From assembly GCA_002633005.1 (NCBI GenBank), contig NMRA01000584.1, positions 195,629-259,628 of the forward strand: a stretch of DNA of 64,000 nucleotides, in the 5' to 3' direction. Below, in pieces: positions 12,767 to 26,300 of the stretch (its first letter is position 1; each line of letters opens with the position of its first letter). The DNA comes from Phoronis australis. Taxonomy: Eukaryota > Animalia > Phoronida. The position numbers and the translations under genes are program-made. The notes under the pieces are model-generated. The model was not told where the DNA came from. It searched no databases and worked only from the letters and a program-made list of their open reading frames with translations.

Positions 12767-13245
12767 TCAACTACTGTGAAGTCGTCACAGTGGTGAGCAC
12801 TGTTGTTTGGTAAATGTTGACAAGTATGTTTTTCAGCTTGTTCAAGTATAGTCTCAAAAATGTTTTCTGGTCCCTTCCATTATGTCGTGTTGTATTGAAA
12901 ATGAGATGAGCAACTATGATGAATTTGAATGAAGTCTGCAGAACTTTGGTTGCGCTGAACAGTTAGGCTACGGCCATGGGGAATTTTCTAGTTCCTAGAA
13001 TTTATGTAAAGGGCGCGTGTCAGGTTTGGCGGATGGTTTGAGGAATATGTTGCAATTAATTGCAACGAAATTGATCTACTTGTGTTTTTGAATGAGAAAA
13101 GCCAAGTTTCTTAGCCCCTACCTACGTTTGATGCAAAATGGTGGCTGTCATTTGCTTTCAACCCCTGTCGCCTGCTGCCTGAGAAACCGGGTCCGATATC
13201 AGATGGCTGTCAGACAGATCAAAATTGCCAAAAAGTAGCTGTTAA

Positions 13246-13589
13246 GGGGCATACTATGACCACATTTTTAGAATCTAGAGAGTTCGAGCATTCTGGATCT
13301 GTAGTCAGATTTTTCTAGCACTTGCAGGGAAGTGTTAATTTTGGGAAGAAAACTGTCAAATTTGGTGTTTTTTAGTAATACTTTTGTGAGCCGGGATTTT
13401 TTCCGATGTGAATTAACGGATTAAAAATTTGTGGCATAATTAAGTTTCAGTTATCATGAGTAGGCCTAGTGCTTCTGAGTTGGGAATGCAACTAAACCCT
13501 TTGTTTTTTCAGACTCTTGAGGAAATGACTCATCTCTACTTCGGTGTGCTTCGGCAGCCAAAAGCCTGTAATGACTATAGTGTGCCCCC
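13246..13589. mobile_element. TTAA-flanked (Kolobok-like) MITE
   Basis: ttaa-GGGGCATACTAT ... ATAGTGTGCCCC-c-ataa. Confidence 0.55.
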
Positions 13590-13649
13590 ATAAGCTTTAC
13601 CCGACACCGTGTGGTTTGTCGGGTAAAATGGCGGCTTGGAAACGCAGAC

Positions 13650-13807
13650 CATGCGTGCGTTCAGTAGACGCTAGGACCTACGCTAGGACCTAACTAAAAT
13701 CTAGTCAAAGTCACGTGTTTGTATTTAAAATACACGGCAATATCTCACGTAATCTCGTGAAGTCTTGCTTTTTAGCGAGGTCCTAGCGTTACTGAACGGG
13801 AGGCATG
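13650..13807. mobile_element. Short palindromic MITE about 450 bp upstream of the fasciclin start
   Basis: The left arm cgttcagtagacgctaggacct..ctaaaa is the inverse of the right arm ttttagcgaggtcctagcgttactgaacg. Confidence 0.6.
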
Positions 13808-14245
13808 ATAGTATCTACGCGCAATTAAGGTGTGTCAATGAGAATGCTGTGATCTGATTGGTCAGTTAAGCCGTCACCCAAACCCTGCAGAAAGGTCAAT
13901 TTTCGCCCACTACTACTTGGTTTGGTCGCTATAGCAGCTGGTCATGATTAAACAAACGTCTCCCCAGAAGACCACACTAGCCGATGTTAAACTGTTAAGG
14001 GCCGTCGTGTAAGTGTAAAAAACTGTTTCATGCATATTGAAAATTTTAACTCTCAGATAGTCTATCTGAGTTTAACTGTAGTACTTGCGTGGCAATATTT
14101 CTCCGCATTCTCTCAGCCCAAATGAACGCTTGCAAGTACACAGTTTAAGAATATCAAGCACTATTACGCTTACTCTACGCTAGATGAGACACGCAGAAGT
14201 TATAGATTTATTTTCTATCCAGTTTCTCGACAGACGTCTGCAGCG

Positions 14246-14367
14246 ATGGCACAGTGGAGTTTGGCAGTGGGGATTTTCTTTGGCGTTTTCACTATTTGCG
14301 CTGGCCAAAGATCAAGACTAGCAGCTTTTCGATGGCGAAGTGGGTACTCGTTGCCTTGGCGGGACGG
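14246..14367 (+). CDS. TGFBI: TGFBI-like exon 1 (signal peptide)
   Basis: MAQWSLAVGIFFGVFTICAGQRSRLAAFRWRSGYSLPWRDG with donor GG|GTAAGT. Phase 2 joins exon 2 to give G-PNVC. Confidence 0.8.
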
Positions 14368-17300
14368 GTAAGTACATGATTATATAACCTTCGGTTGGTA
14401 ATCCTTTTCTGGGAGGCAAATTCGTCCTCAGGCTATTAATGCTTCAGGCGTAAGAAACCTAAAAGTTCAAATAAGCCTGCTCATTGTTTGAAACGAAGTT
14501 ACTAAGCAACTTTGCAGATTTGTCTGACACAAATAGATTTGAGAGTGGAACAAAGAGATGCTTTAAGTTAAACATGTCAAAGAAAAAAAATAAATAGATG
14601 AAATCTTCAACGACCATAAAGCAAAATTACTCGTACTTAGTTCTTACTCGTGACAAAATGATGATCGAACACTGAACCCGATGCAACTCGCGCATAACCT
14701 CCGAAACGATTTGGAAATTTAGATTTTGCTTTTGAATATCGTGTAAACCTGCTGTGAATGCAGATCAGTTCAGTAGTAGCTGAGTACCAATCGGTGTTAA
14801 TCATGATGTTCGGTTGTTTAAGTGTTTTTTCTTCCTAAAAATGAGCTTTTGATTTATACCACTTATCGTTATAAAATCCATCTTGTCATCTTGTCACTTA
14901 AGTCAGATTAGAAAGGATTTATACTAAGTGACAGAATTTCTTATCATTCAAACTTAAGTTAATGAATTCGTCACGGCTTGTTACGGCGTCATCATTACAG
15001 GGCTCACGACGTCATCATTACAGGGAACACGACGTCATCATTACAGGGAACACGACGTCATCATTACAGGGAACACGACGTCATCATTACAGGGAACACG
15101 GCCACTGAGTCCTTTCCACTAATTCTCATCTGCAGTAGGGAAACGTTAAGTTTCACATAGCGGCACATCATTTTTGAATTAAAATACAATTTTGGCAGAA
15201 ATAGGGTTTATAGAAATTTTAACATTTTACAATGATCACGTGACACCCCACTTGTGTATCTGCTATGGACGCTTACGGAATTAATTACAGGAACAAGTGT
15301 TTTTGATGCAAAGCAGTTTACTGACCATCTCATACAGGGTCAATACGGTAATTCACTCAAAGTACAGCTCGATGTAGTATCCGCAGTGTCTAAAGCACTG
15401 TCCACATGTCGTAAAGCAATCGACTGCAAACCTATTTCGAGTTCTCATATAGGCCAATAGAAACATACGAGGTTTAGGTAATGTTCACACATTCCCACCC
15501 ATTTAGACTAAACAAACAGCTTCCAACTGCCCACTGTAAATTGAGACCACCTAAACTTATTTTTGAATAGGAAATGAACACGTGATATTGTTGACTTTTC
15601 AATGAGTACTAAATTGAATGCATTTGTTCCAAAGTGTTTCCTAATTTGCAAAATATGCTAAGCTACAGACCATTGCTCATTGTCAAAGGCTTGAAATGTG
15701 TATTAGTAACGTTCATCTCGGGTTTTAGTGCCTGGCAATTTATACACTAGGTCTAGGCCTTAAACATCTCCACTGCATGAACTTTTACGAGAATGCTGGC
15801 CATGCATTTAGTGACAGAAACTGATATATCTATAGAAGCTGTTTAGAAACCAGAATTACATGTATAAAAACAAAACAGGAAAAATTAAAATAAAAATGAA
15901 CTCTCCCTATTTCATGTGACGAGCGCCCGCAACATGTGCTGTTCGCTCCTTCAAATTTTGTGCCAACAAATTGAATTTACTTGTGAGAAAAACGACCATC
16001 TGACTTTGACAGTTTGTCCTCAAATTCAGTACCCTCTCAACATGAGCCATCAACGAAAAATCATGGTTCAACGCCCAGCTCTATATACATCAATGATCTG
16101 GAACAAGGCTGTGGGATGTTTGGGATGGTTGTTTAGGCCGAAACAATGTAGATCCTTTTAAAATAATATCTCTTGTTTGGGATGACTGCTTAAGCCGAAA
16201 ACAACGTGGAATCTTCTAAAATATTATCTATCTTTTCAAATCAACTCTTGGTCTTCCCGAGTGCACAACTTTTGTCTTCAAAAGGATTTATACCGGGACA
16301 GAAGCATTTGCTATCCGATTTGACTTGTTGAGCAAATCCTGTTGCTATGGTTATATTTTTTAAGTCAACTATGTGCACTGTACTTAACCCAGTCAGAGTG
16401 AACATGCTTAAGGCAAACTCCTGGTTTCAGTAAAACTTGTGCTGGTCACGTCCGATGTACGTGTAGTGATAGGACGGTCCAAGTTGGACACCTGGCTGAC
16501 ATTCCTAACGAGAAAACCGTCTGCACACTAACGCCTCACTTTCACGTATCTGATGAATCTGGTTCAATGACTTAGGATTGTTGTACAGGGTGAACCCAAG
16601 TGCCTGTTTTAACTGTATGGTTAACTATTTCTGTGGCCTATCGATGCATTATGTAACATTTTACCAATTAAATCCTGTGCAATTTTTCATTAGTGCTGAG
16701 TTCAGTGGCAGGGGGCTTTGCGAGGTCAACTAATGAGAAAACATAAACCACAGCACGCACTCAACGGAAAAAGCATAATACAGGGATAATCCAAGAACGT
16801 TCTGTGGATGTACTTGAACACGAGACTGAGAGTAAATTTGAGTAAAACAACAATAGACTTCACGAGGTTAAATATTTCTACGACTGAACTTTTTCCGTGA
16901 CAAAAACCAGGGCTTAATTTCTGAGGCAGAGTGTATTAATTGTCTACTAACTTGGACAAAATGGAAACGATGGCCAACGAAAAAAAAAAACGCTGGGCAA
17001 AAATTGAGGTCCATTCAAAAAAGAGTATCCAAGAAGTTTCATCCGGATTCATCCGAAGTTCACTTTCTGTGATTCAGTTGTTCAACACTTTTGTGGATTT
17101 CAATTTCGGGTTTTCCTTCACTTTTTAAAGCACGTTTCTCCTGCCAAAAAGCAAAAAAAATCGCGGATGTTCTGTGGAAAACCTGAATGGATGAAGAATA
17201 TCATGTTGACACATAAAGCTGACTTTAGGCGGGTACACCATATGACTAAATGTGCGCTAGCGTTTAGAAGTTTCCTGCTTCAAATACCACTCCATTTTAA

Positions 17301-20300
17301 ATACGACTCGGATCACCAGTTCCCGTGTTATCAACATAGTTTTAAATCAGTGAATGACATGACAGTGGTTTATTCTTTGGTATGGTTTCATTCCATCTGG
17401 AATGGTGGAGTTCACTGACGGGACCTTAAGTAGAGCAATGAACTTGCTGTGAGCCTACTTCAGCGGGTATACGAAAAACTAAACACCAAGTGACCAGAAA
17501 GCTACAGAAAATGTTTAGCTTCGTGGTTTAAAAAAGTCAGAAATTAAGAATTGCCCTGGTAGAAGCCAGTGCCCAGTTTGTCACATACTTGAACACCGGA
17601 CCCTAAGCAAAAACTTTTCGAACGGACAAAGTTACTGCCGAAAAGTTTTGAAGAAAAATCGTCACATTACGACTAACTCCGTTCAGGCCGTATTTCTGAC
17701 GATACCGGTTTTAGAGGCGTGATATCAATCTTTCTTTTGTTAATCGCCAGACTCAGTCTTTTATCTGATGTCACGACAAAAACGCCAATTATCTAACAGG
17801 CTGAATGAATACATTAATATAACTAAGCGTCGACTCAAAACTGTTGTTAAGAAATAAAAACCTATCGCAGCGTTTTGGCTATTTTTATTGCATTTCTTCC
17901 GCAAAAGAAGGATTCAACACTAACTTTACACGAGCGATATCAACTTCAGAAGACGAGCACATTACAAAAATACCTGCTTCTCTCCTTAACATTTCAATTT
18001 ATTTCAGCCAGTGTTATATTGCCGGGAAGGCATAGCTAATGCAATAATTGCCCTGTACAACACAATAGTAGGTCATAGAAAAAATTGTGATATCAAGGGC
18101 CGACGACGACACCGATTTTCCCTAGTTGCTGTAGAGAAGCATTGTCCAACTTCAAGATACCAGTGAACGGGCCGGTTTCCTACTGATTTTCGGAAACAAT
18201 GTTTAGGCATTTTTCACTGATGAGGCATCCCACAACGTGACAAACAACTAAGTGTACATGTATGCATTCGTTTGCAAAAAGTTTGTAGTAGGGTAATATA
18301 AAATAACACAAAGCTATGATTTTGCGTAGTTGGATCCCTTGCAAAAATATTTCGCACTAACTTTGTGTGGAATGGTCATCTGCCCTGAGTTCTACTAGCT
18401 GAGGAAGCTGTCAGCTCAGAACCCAAATCCATGTTTGGAGCAGAAAAAGAACAGTAAGATAAAGTTGAAGCTCGTGAAGTATTAACCATGGGTTGCAATG
18501 ATTATAGCAGACTATATAGCTGAATTTAGATGCAGTTTTGTAAAGTTAGCTATCGATTTTATGTACGTGGGTGCATTATGCCGTCATCCCCGCCCATCCG
18601 TCCTTCCGGCGTCCGCTATCTCAAAACTGTTAATGGATGTTCGGGAAATTTTGTAGACATGACCCAATTATGGAGCGAATTTTCAGACATTTCCGAATAC
18701 CGATTTTCCAACTAGTGGCATTTTTATTTTTATATTTGCCTCTGGGGCTTCCTTGTATAAAATCTTTGCTCGGAGTCTCTCGTTTTCGGGTGGATTCGGT
18801 GTATTCTGCGCCACGTAGTGACGGTATCTGCTTTTCTTGTCTTGAGCTAGATTTTAGTGGCCATTTTTTATTATTTCCGAATCTGTTTTTTGGCGTCCGT
18901 CTCGCTGATCTAAGAAACCACTTAGTAGATCATTATCAAAATTATCATGTGTTCATATTGCGAAGCGTGCATCTGTAAATGAGTCCGACGACTCTGGTCT
19001 CAGCGACACCACGTAGCTCTATCACTCATACCACTTTCAGGATATTTGTTGACTTTCCTTGGTGTTTTTTGTCACGTGACAGCTGTTGACGATGACATGC
19101 GGACGGATGTGACCACCGTTGTACCCCTAGTGTGAAATTAATTTTTATCTTTGTTATTTCCTCCGTGTGTTTGGAGTTTCTTTACGATTTTATGAAAACA
19201 TAGTTTTGTATTAAAGAAACGATAAGACCTGCCTATTTCATCTGATGTATTCGACGTACTGTGCGGTAGCTAGTGGCCATTTCGAATTATTTTAAGTCTA
19301 ATGCTTGGCGTGTACCTCTCTTTCGGTGAAAGATTATTATGAAAATTGTAGTATTGTTTGTACTGGAATGTGCATGACTGAGACTGAGTTCGACTGCTGT
19401 GGTGCTCTCTTGTGGAAATTTTTTGCCAGTGACAAATTCCTCGGTGGATCTTTGTTATTAAATTTGGCACATTGGGGAGAATACAACCTGCCGTGGATTT
19501 TGGAACAAATCAGAGTCACCCAGTGACAATTTTTTTTATTTTATTAAATTCCTTGATGGACGTTCAAATATGTTATCACGCAGACACCCTGTGTCAAATG
19601 GATTTCACCTACCTTGCGCCCCCTTACGGTCCGTCTTTTGTTTTGGGTCCTTTGTCAGCTGCCTTCCTTTCCTTAGTCCACACTTCTTGAAGAATCATTA
19701 TGAAAGGTGGCAGGTCTGTTGAGGAGAGCATTTCTGACTTGCTTTGATCCACCTAGAGGCTGCTATTATATTTACTAACGTCACTCCGTTCAGTAAGAAT
19801 GTTCAGTCACTCATGACCATCTCTTGGGTCTGCGCTGTATGCAATGCCATGCACTCGCGGTTGGTCCGCTTCTCTAGTTGGAGTTGGTACAGCGGTGGCG
19901 TTTCGAGATGCTAACTGAACTGCATGTACTTTTTTAAATTTGCAACATTTGCTTAATTGATAACTGAGAATTTTTGTATGGTATCTAGTATTTTGGTTTA
20001 GCCAAGTCATTGTCCTTGAGTAGCGCCTAATAAACGAATTAGTAAAGTAGTTTGCGGGGATTGATGTAAATTTTTATTGGGTTTCAATGTACAATGTGTG
20101 AATTTCCTTTGCTACTGTGTCCTCTACACAGTTCTCAGAGGTGCGTATTTGCGCCCATACGCGTTGAATCAGTTGAGTGCAATACGGCCATGTGATACAT
20201 GGGCTGCGCACTATAGCGGGCTGGGGGGCTATAGCCCCCACTTTTTTCAGTGCTACGCCGCACATGATCTATAGACGGTGCACCACAGGCGAGATAAAGG

Positions 20301-23300
20301 GGCTTTTTTTAGTGCTGCGTCGCCCATGTGATACTGTTTTCCGTATTCCCCTACCGCACTACTTCAACAGTGCCCTCTGTTATAGAAAGTTCAAAAGGTA
20401 GGCCAATGTCGACTCGACGTCGTTAGTTGGTCCGATCATCAAACTTCCCAAAATAGTTTGAAATAATACAATTGCAGTAGTATGAATAACGCTCAACATG
20501 CAATCAAGTCCCAAACGTAATATCTGGAACAAAACTGTTAGTTATATGACACTTATGCCTGACAGTTTTCAATTGCTAAATATTATATCGTCTACAACTC
20601 AGGCACGGGTCCCTCGGTAGCTACAATATCAATTATTGTTGTTGATTAACTTTTTTTCTGGAGATGTTACAAGTTCAATGCACAATTACCGTTGTTTTCA
20701 TCTTTGTTATCTCTTTTCAAGTAATAAATCGTTATATGTAAAAGTGTTTCTTTTACAAGAGAAAACTTGCAACCTGCATCCCAAGTACATACACATGAAA
20801 TGTGAACCGCCTCCTGAACAGTCTGGGCGAAGTATTTAACAAGATGTGCCGAAAAAATAAAAGAAACTTAGGAATTTGAAGCGTATGGGATAAATACAAA
20901 ACGTACCATGATTGGCTTAGATGAAGTAATATCCAGATCGACATTATTCTGCGTATCGACCTCGACCTCCGGTTTCTGTGGATACGCGGAATAATAGCTC
21001 GTCAGGGATATTACTTCATCTACGCCACTCTCGGCACGTTTTGTGTATGTCCCACCTTTCTTGCGCTTGGTAGTCCTTGATGACAAATGCCTCTGTCCCG
21101 ATCACTGAATTATCCATGTTTTATATGATGCACTTCTTGTGCAAAACATGTTCAACTTGCTAACTAGTGAGTGAGAAGGTGGGTCAGATTTTGTTGTAGT
21201 GAGTTACTTATTTTGTATGTATTGAGTTTTCTTTTCACATTGTTACATGACTTATATGGCCAAATGTGGTTGTCTAGCAATTGCAACATGTCAGTTGAAT
21301 TGCAATATGATAGTTAAATTGAAATTATTTGTAGCTATTTTTTAAGCTTATATCTACCGTAAAGTGTCATCAAATTCGAACAAAAATAGTGGAAATGTTT
21401 TTTTTTTCCATTTTCTAACGCTCACTGTATCGCCAAAATGTTCAAAATTTAATTGAGTGTTTTTTATGACATTCGTAAAGTTTTCAAATAATCATGTAAG
21501 TTTTGTGCTTGTTTGAAATTTTGATAAAATAAAAGTTCAGTGTTCGGCCACAATGTGTTGTATAATTTTAAAAAACTTAACCGTAATTTAGCGTTTCGTC
21601 AAAAAGATTTTTAATATAGACCATTTACCTCTGTAAAACTAGTCCGTCACACATTGTTTCTCACTTTGATGAGAAGCGGTTTCTGGGCTTCGACTATACA
21701 AACGCTTCATTGATCTTGAGACCATGTGTTATAAAGTACACTGAGACCATGCGTTATTAAAGGAGAATGCCACCCGATTTAATTAGTCTTTTTTGCCGTT
21801 TTAATCGGTTTATATCCACATCGCCTCGCATAATGTCGACCTTAGCTTGCCAAGAGGTGTCGCGTTAACCTGTGAGGAAGGTGAAAAACGACGCTAGCGA
21901 CGTCAGTGGTTCATATGCAGAGTGAATGCCGCTATGTTGTGGTGCATCGTTCCCGCTTGTCCGAACTAAGCAGCTGCGAGGAAAGCGGGTATATCGTTTT
22001 TTTTGCTTCCTTGAGAGTCCGAAATGCTTAGGAAGTGGCTCATGGTAGTAAAGAATGAAATGTACGCTGTAAATAGCAAGTATGAGGCCGTGAAACATCT
22101 CCGTGTCTGTGGCCTGCAGACGTCGACAGTGCCTTACGAATGCTGGCTTACCAAATAACTCCATACGTTCCGTTGTCTGAGCTTGTTCACGGCGCCTCTC
22201 TAGTATTTCTTCATCACTGTATTCCTGTTCGAATTGATAGCCTGTAAAACTTAACGATCCACCTGCGAAGTCGGGACTGATGAGCTCTAGCTCGTCCTAA
22301 GTCGGGATTGCGAGTTGCCGTGTTGGCGTTTATTACTGAGCGTTCTGTTTCAAAATGAATTATTCTCACCCTAACCAATACTTATATAAAACTGAAACAA
22401 AGTCTGTCTCATTAGATGCAATTTGTAATGCCTTTGGAGTNNNNNNNNNNNNNNNNNNNNNNNNNNNNNNNNNNNNNNNNNNNNNNNNNNNNNNNNNNNN
22501 NNNNNNNNNNNNNNNNNNNNNNNNNNNNNNNNNNNNNNNNNNNNNNNNNNNNNNNNNNNNNNNNNNNNNNNNNNNNNNNNNNNNNNNNNNNNNNNNNNNN
22601 NNNNNNNNNNNNNNNNNNNNNNNNNNNNNNNNNNNNNNNNNNNNNNNNNNNNNNNNNNNNNNNNNNNNNNNNNNNNNNNNNNNNNNNNNNNNNNNNNNNN
22701 NNNNNNNNNNNNNNNNNNNNNNNNNNNNNNNNNNNNNNNNNNNNNNNNNNNNNNNNNNNNNNNNNNNNNNNNNNNNNNNNNNNNNNNNNNNNNNNNNNNN
22801 NNNNNNNNNNNNNNNNNNNNNNNNNNNNNNNNNNNNNNNNNNNNNNNNNNNNNNNNNNNNNNNNNNNNNNNNNNNNNNNNNNNNNNNNNNNNNNNNNNNN
22901 NNNNNNNNNNNNNNNNNNNNNNNNNNNNNNNNNNNNNNNNNNNNNNNNNNNNNNNNNNNNNNNNNNNNNNNNNNNNNNNNNNNNNNNNNNNNNNNNNNNN
23001 NNNNNNNNNNNNNNNNNNNNNNNNNNNNNNNNNNNNNNNNNNNNNNNNNNNNNNNNNNNNNNNNNNNNNNNNNNNNNNNNNNNNNNNNNNNNNNNNNNNN
23101 NNNNNNNNNNNNNNNNNNNNNNNNNNNNNNNNNNNNNNNNNNNNNNNNNNNNNNNNNNNNNNNNNNNNNNNNNNNNNNNNNNNNNNNNNNNNNNNNNNNN
23201 NNNNNNNNNNNNNNNNNNNNNNNNNNNNNNNNNNNNNNNNNNNNNNNNNNNNNNNNNNNNNNNNNNNNNNNNNNNNNNNNNNNNNNNNNNNNNNNNNNNN

Positions 23301-26300
23301 NNNNNNNNNGGGGGCGGGCCCCCTGGGCCCCCCCCTAAATCCGCCTATGGTATCTCACGGAAAATACTTCGAAATTATCTCCGAACACACCCAAACTCCT
23401 GCTACGGACCTTATTGGCCTGCCGAACTTTGTAGGCTACGATGTGTCCAAATACCAATAAATCCGTAAGAGCGAAATAAAACAACACGTTTTTATAAGAA
23501 CTCGGTGTATTTTTAAGGGTTTTACATCGAAGTTTGATGATTTATTGGTGTTAAACGATGACTTCAAGCGATAAGCTGACACCAGTAACCCGTTTTGTGA
23601 ACTGCTGAACAAACTGCGTGTGAAACCGATGACGTCATTGGATAATTTCAACACCTCCGTCTGCCGTCAGGTGTCAGGTAACGCAACCGTAAGTGTCGTT
23701 ATAGAGTAGAACTACTCGATCTAAATTGATACAAATTAGGTTGTTTTTTGGGTGGCATGCTCCTTTAAGTACACTAAGAACATGCGTTATAAAGTACACT
23801 GAGACCATGCGTTATAAAGTACACTGAGACCATGCGTTATAAAGTACACTGAGACCATGCGTTATAAAATACACTGAAACCATGCGTTATAAAGTACACT
23901 GAGACCATACGTTATAAAGTACACTGAGACCATGCGTTATAAAGTACACTGAGACCATGCGTTATGAAGTACACTGAGACCATGCGCCGTTATAAAGTAC
24001 ACTGAGACCATGCGTTGTAATGTACACTCAGACCATGCGTTATAAAGTACACTGAGATCATGCGTTCTAAAGTACACTGAGATCATGCGTTATAAAGTAC
24101 ACTCAGACCATGCGTTATAAAGTACACTGAGATCATGCGTTATAAAGTACACTGAGACCATGCGTTATAAAGTACACTGAGACCATGCGTTATAAAGTAC
24201 ATTGTACACTGAGATCATGCCTAAAGTTGCAACGACCGTGGGACAGAAAGGGGTTTATTGTGAAATTTGTGACCAACTGTGGCGGGGCAGCATTTGACGA
24301 TGCAGAATCTGTTGATGTCCTAAATAATGTTTGCCCTCCTATACAGTTCCAATGCCTCCCCAACCGAGCCAGGTTTGTTTCTGATTACCTCGACTAAGAT
24401 TAAAAGAATGTTAATTACGAAGTCTAAGTACTTCAGTCGCTTTTACAATTAATATTAATGAATACCACACGCGACTCATGAGAGGTCATGGCTTTACTTA
24501 AAAAATCGATTCTTTAAAGTTTGGATATGTTCTATCATATTTAAGAATAACCTTCTTAAGAACAAGTGTTTGTTTAAAACAATAAAATCTGAATTAATGT
24601 AGTCCTGAAAGAGCGTTGTCGTAATAGATGAAGAAAAATATACATGCGGATACGGCGCTTTGCACATATAGTTTCGCTAGGTTCGACATTGAGATAAGGT
24701 GAGAAGCGTGTGTCATTGTGGTGCTACGGCAATTAAGTCTGTGATGAAAGTCATAGTTGTTACAACATTGATGATAGCGGATAGAACAAGATAAAAATCC
24801 GCTGGCGATTAATAACGTTGAAAAGGTGACTGAAATTATATTTATTTGAGTAGTAAATCAATTGTAAGCATTTTTATTTACTACGGCGTGGCCGGGTCCA
24901 TTTGGCTGCTTGTTCATTTTATGAAGAGGTATGTGGTAATGTCGTGAACAATTTATAATAAGTTACCAGAGGAGAGTAAATATCTAAAACAAAAACATAC
25001 GAGAGGCAGATACTTATAATTACCCGAAACGGTGAGTGCTTTCCGGAACTGTAACGCACTCTGGGAACCTGCTGGTGATACTCGAAATTCAAAGTGTCGG
25101 AAAAGCACAATTTTTGTTGATGCTGGCTTAACTTGATTTTGTGGAATTTCTGTGTAAATAAGTAAACATATTACGACCTAGGGTTTGCACGAACGACTTG
25201 GACGTGAGTTGTCGGTCTTCATTCATGGAGAGCCCTCGAGTCTTGATGGATCTCAAAGACATGTAAGTATAAACCTCCCTTTAACCCCATCTCATCCGTC
25301 AGCTTCATATTACACCCGCCGAAGATTAACCATGCACTAAATTTAGCGAGCTTGCAGCATTTCACCCGTCCAGCCGCGTATGATCCCGGCCACTGACCCC
25401 ACCTGGCGCTGCCACAAAACCGCGAAGTCCCATTAACCTACATGTAGGCCTAGCTAGCTCAGTCGACCTTCACGATACCCAGTTTGATATCGTGAATTAA
25501 AAATCTCGACAAGTATTACGAACTATGTCCGAGTTCTGAGAAATGGATTAAAATTCCATTCCAGAAGTTGATTTAAACGAGTTTCTGGAATTCATCGGAG
25601 TCGAACGCAATTCACTTAGTGTACCTTTATAAAAAATTGATATTTTGTTCTAAGTCCACTACAAATTTGCAAAAACTAGGTATCTTCGTTACAGCCGCAT
25701 AAACAAATAAAGGCAGCTGCGGCAAAATGTGAAATTTATATGAGTTAAGTCTGAAAAGTCACCTCTAAATAAATTGAAAATTTTTTGACTACGGTGTTAA
25801 TTTCGGATTTTGAGTACTTTAAATAGAGCTTTTTGACTTACGCACAAAAAGTTTCTCCGCTAGCATTTTTGATTGATCAGCCTGTTTTCACTCATGCCCT
25901 TCGTTTTATGAAACAAAAAGTTAGGGGCTACCTGTTCAATAGGCGTCACAGAAGAATGCGAAATTTAGTTTTCTCAAAAGGGTCAACTTCTAGATGGAAA
26001 AGCTGCATTAGTATTTCACCAGAGAGTGGTGCACGAAATTGTAAGTGGCTTACTGGAATTGTAAGAGGAGCAAAATTGATGACGATCATGGAACACCACA
26101 CCCCGGACTGGAAGAAGTCGTGATGGCATCAGGGGCGTCGTCGTCTTTCACGCAGAAAATGAAAGGCGGAAAAAGGACATGTATTCTAACACATGACGAA
26201 ACCTCATCTCCTACTTATGCCTGCACATATTAACATAAAGACAATATCCCCTATCTTAACAAAAGTCTCCACTTTCTGACAGCCTGCGCCGTCAGTGCAG

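Larger units (their letters stand above)
21716..24222. repeat. 25-bp minisatellite (gttataaagtacactgagaccatgc), about 20 copies, interrupted by a transposon
   Basis: About 1.5 units at 21716-21756 and about 18 units at 23769-24222. Confidence 0.95.

Noticed and set aside
22355-23468. 327-aa and 350-aa ORFs
   Set aside because: They are artefacts of translating through the N gap.
23769-24222. Regular 25-bp repeats as a CRISPR array
   Set aside because: The units are contiguous with no spacers, no cas genes are present, and the context is eukaryotic. It is a minisatellite.
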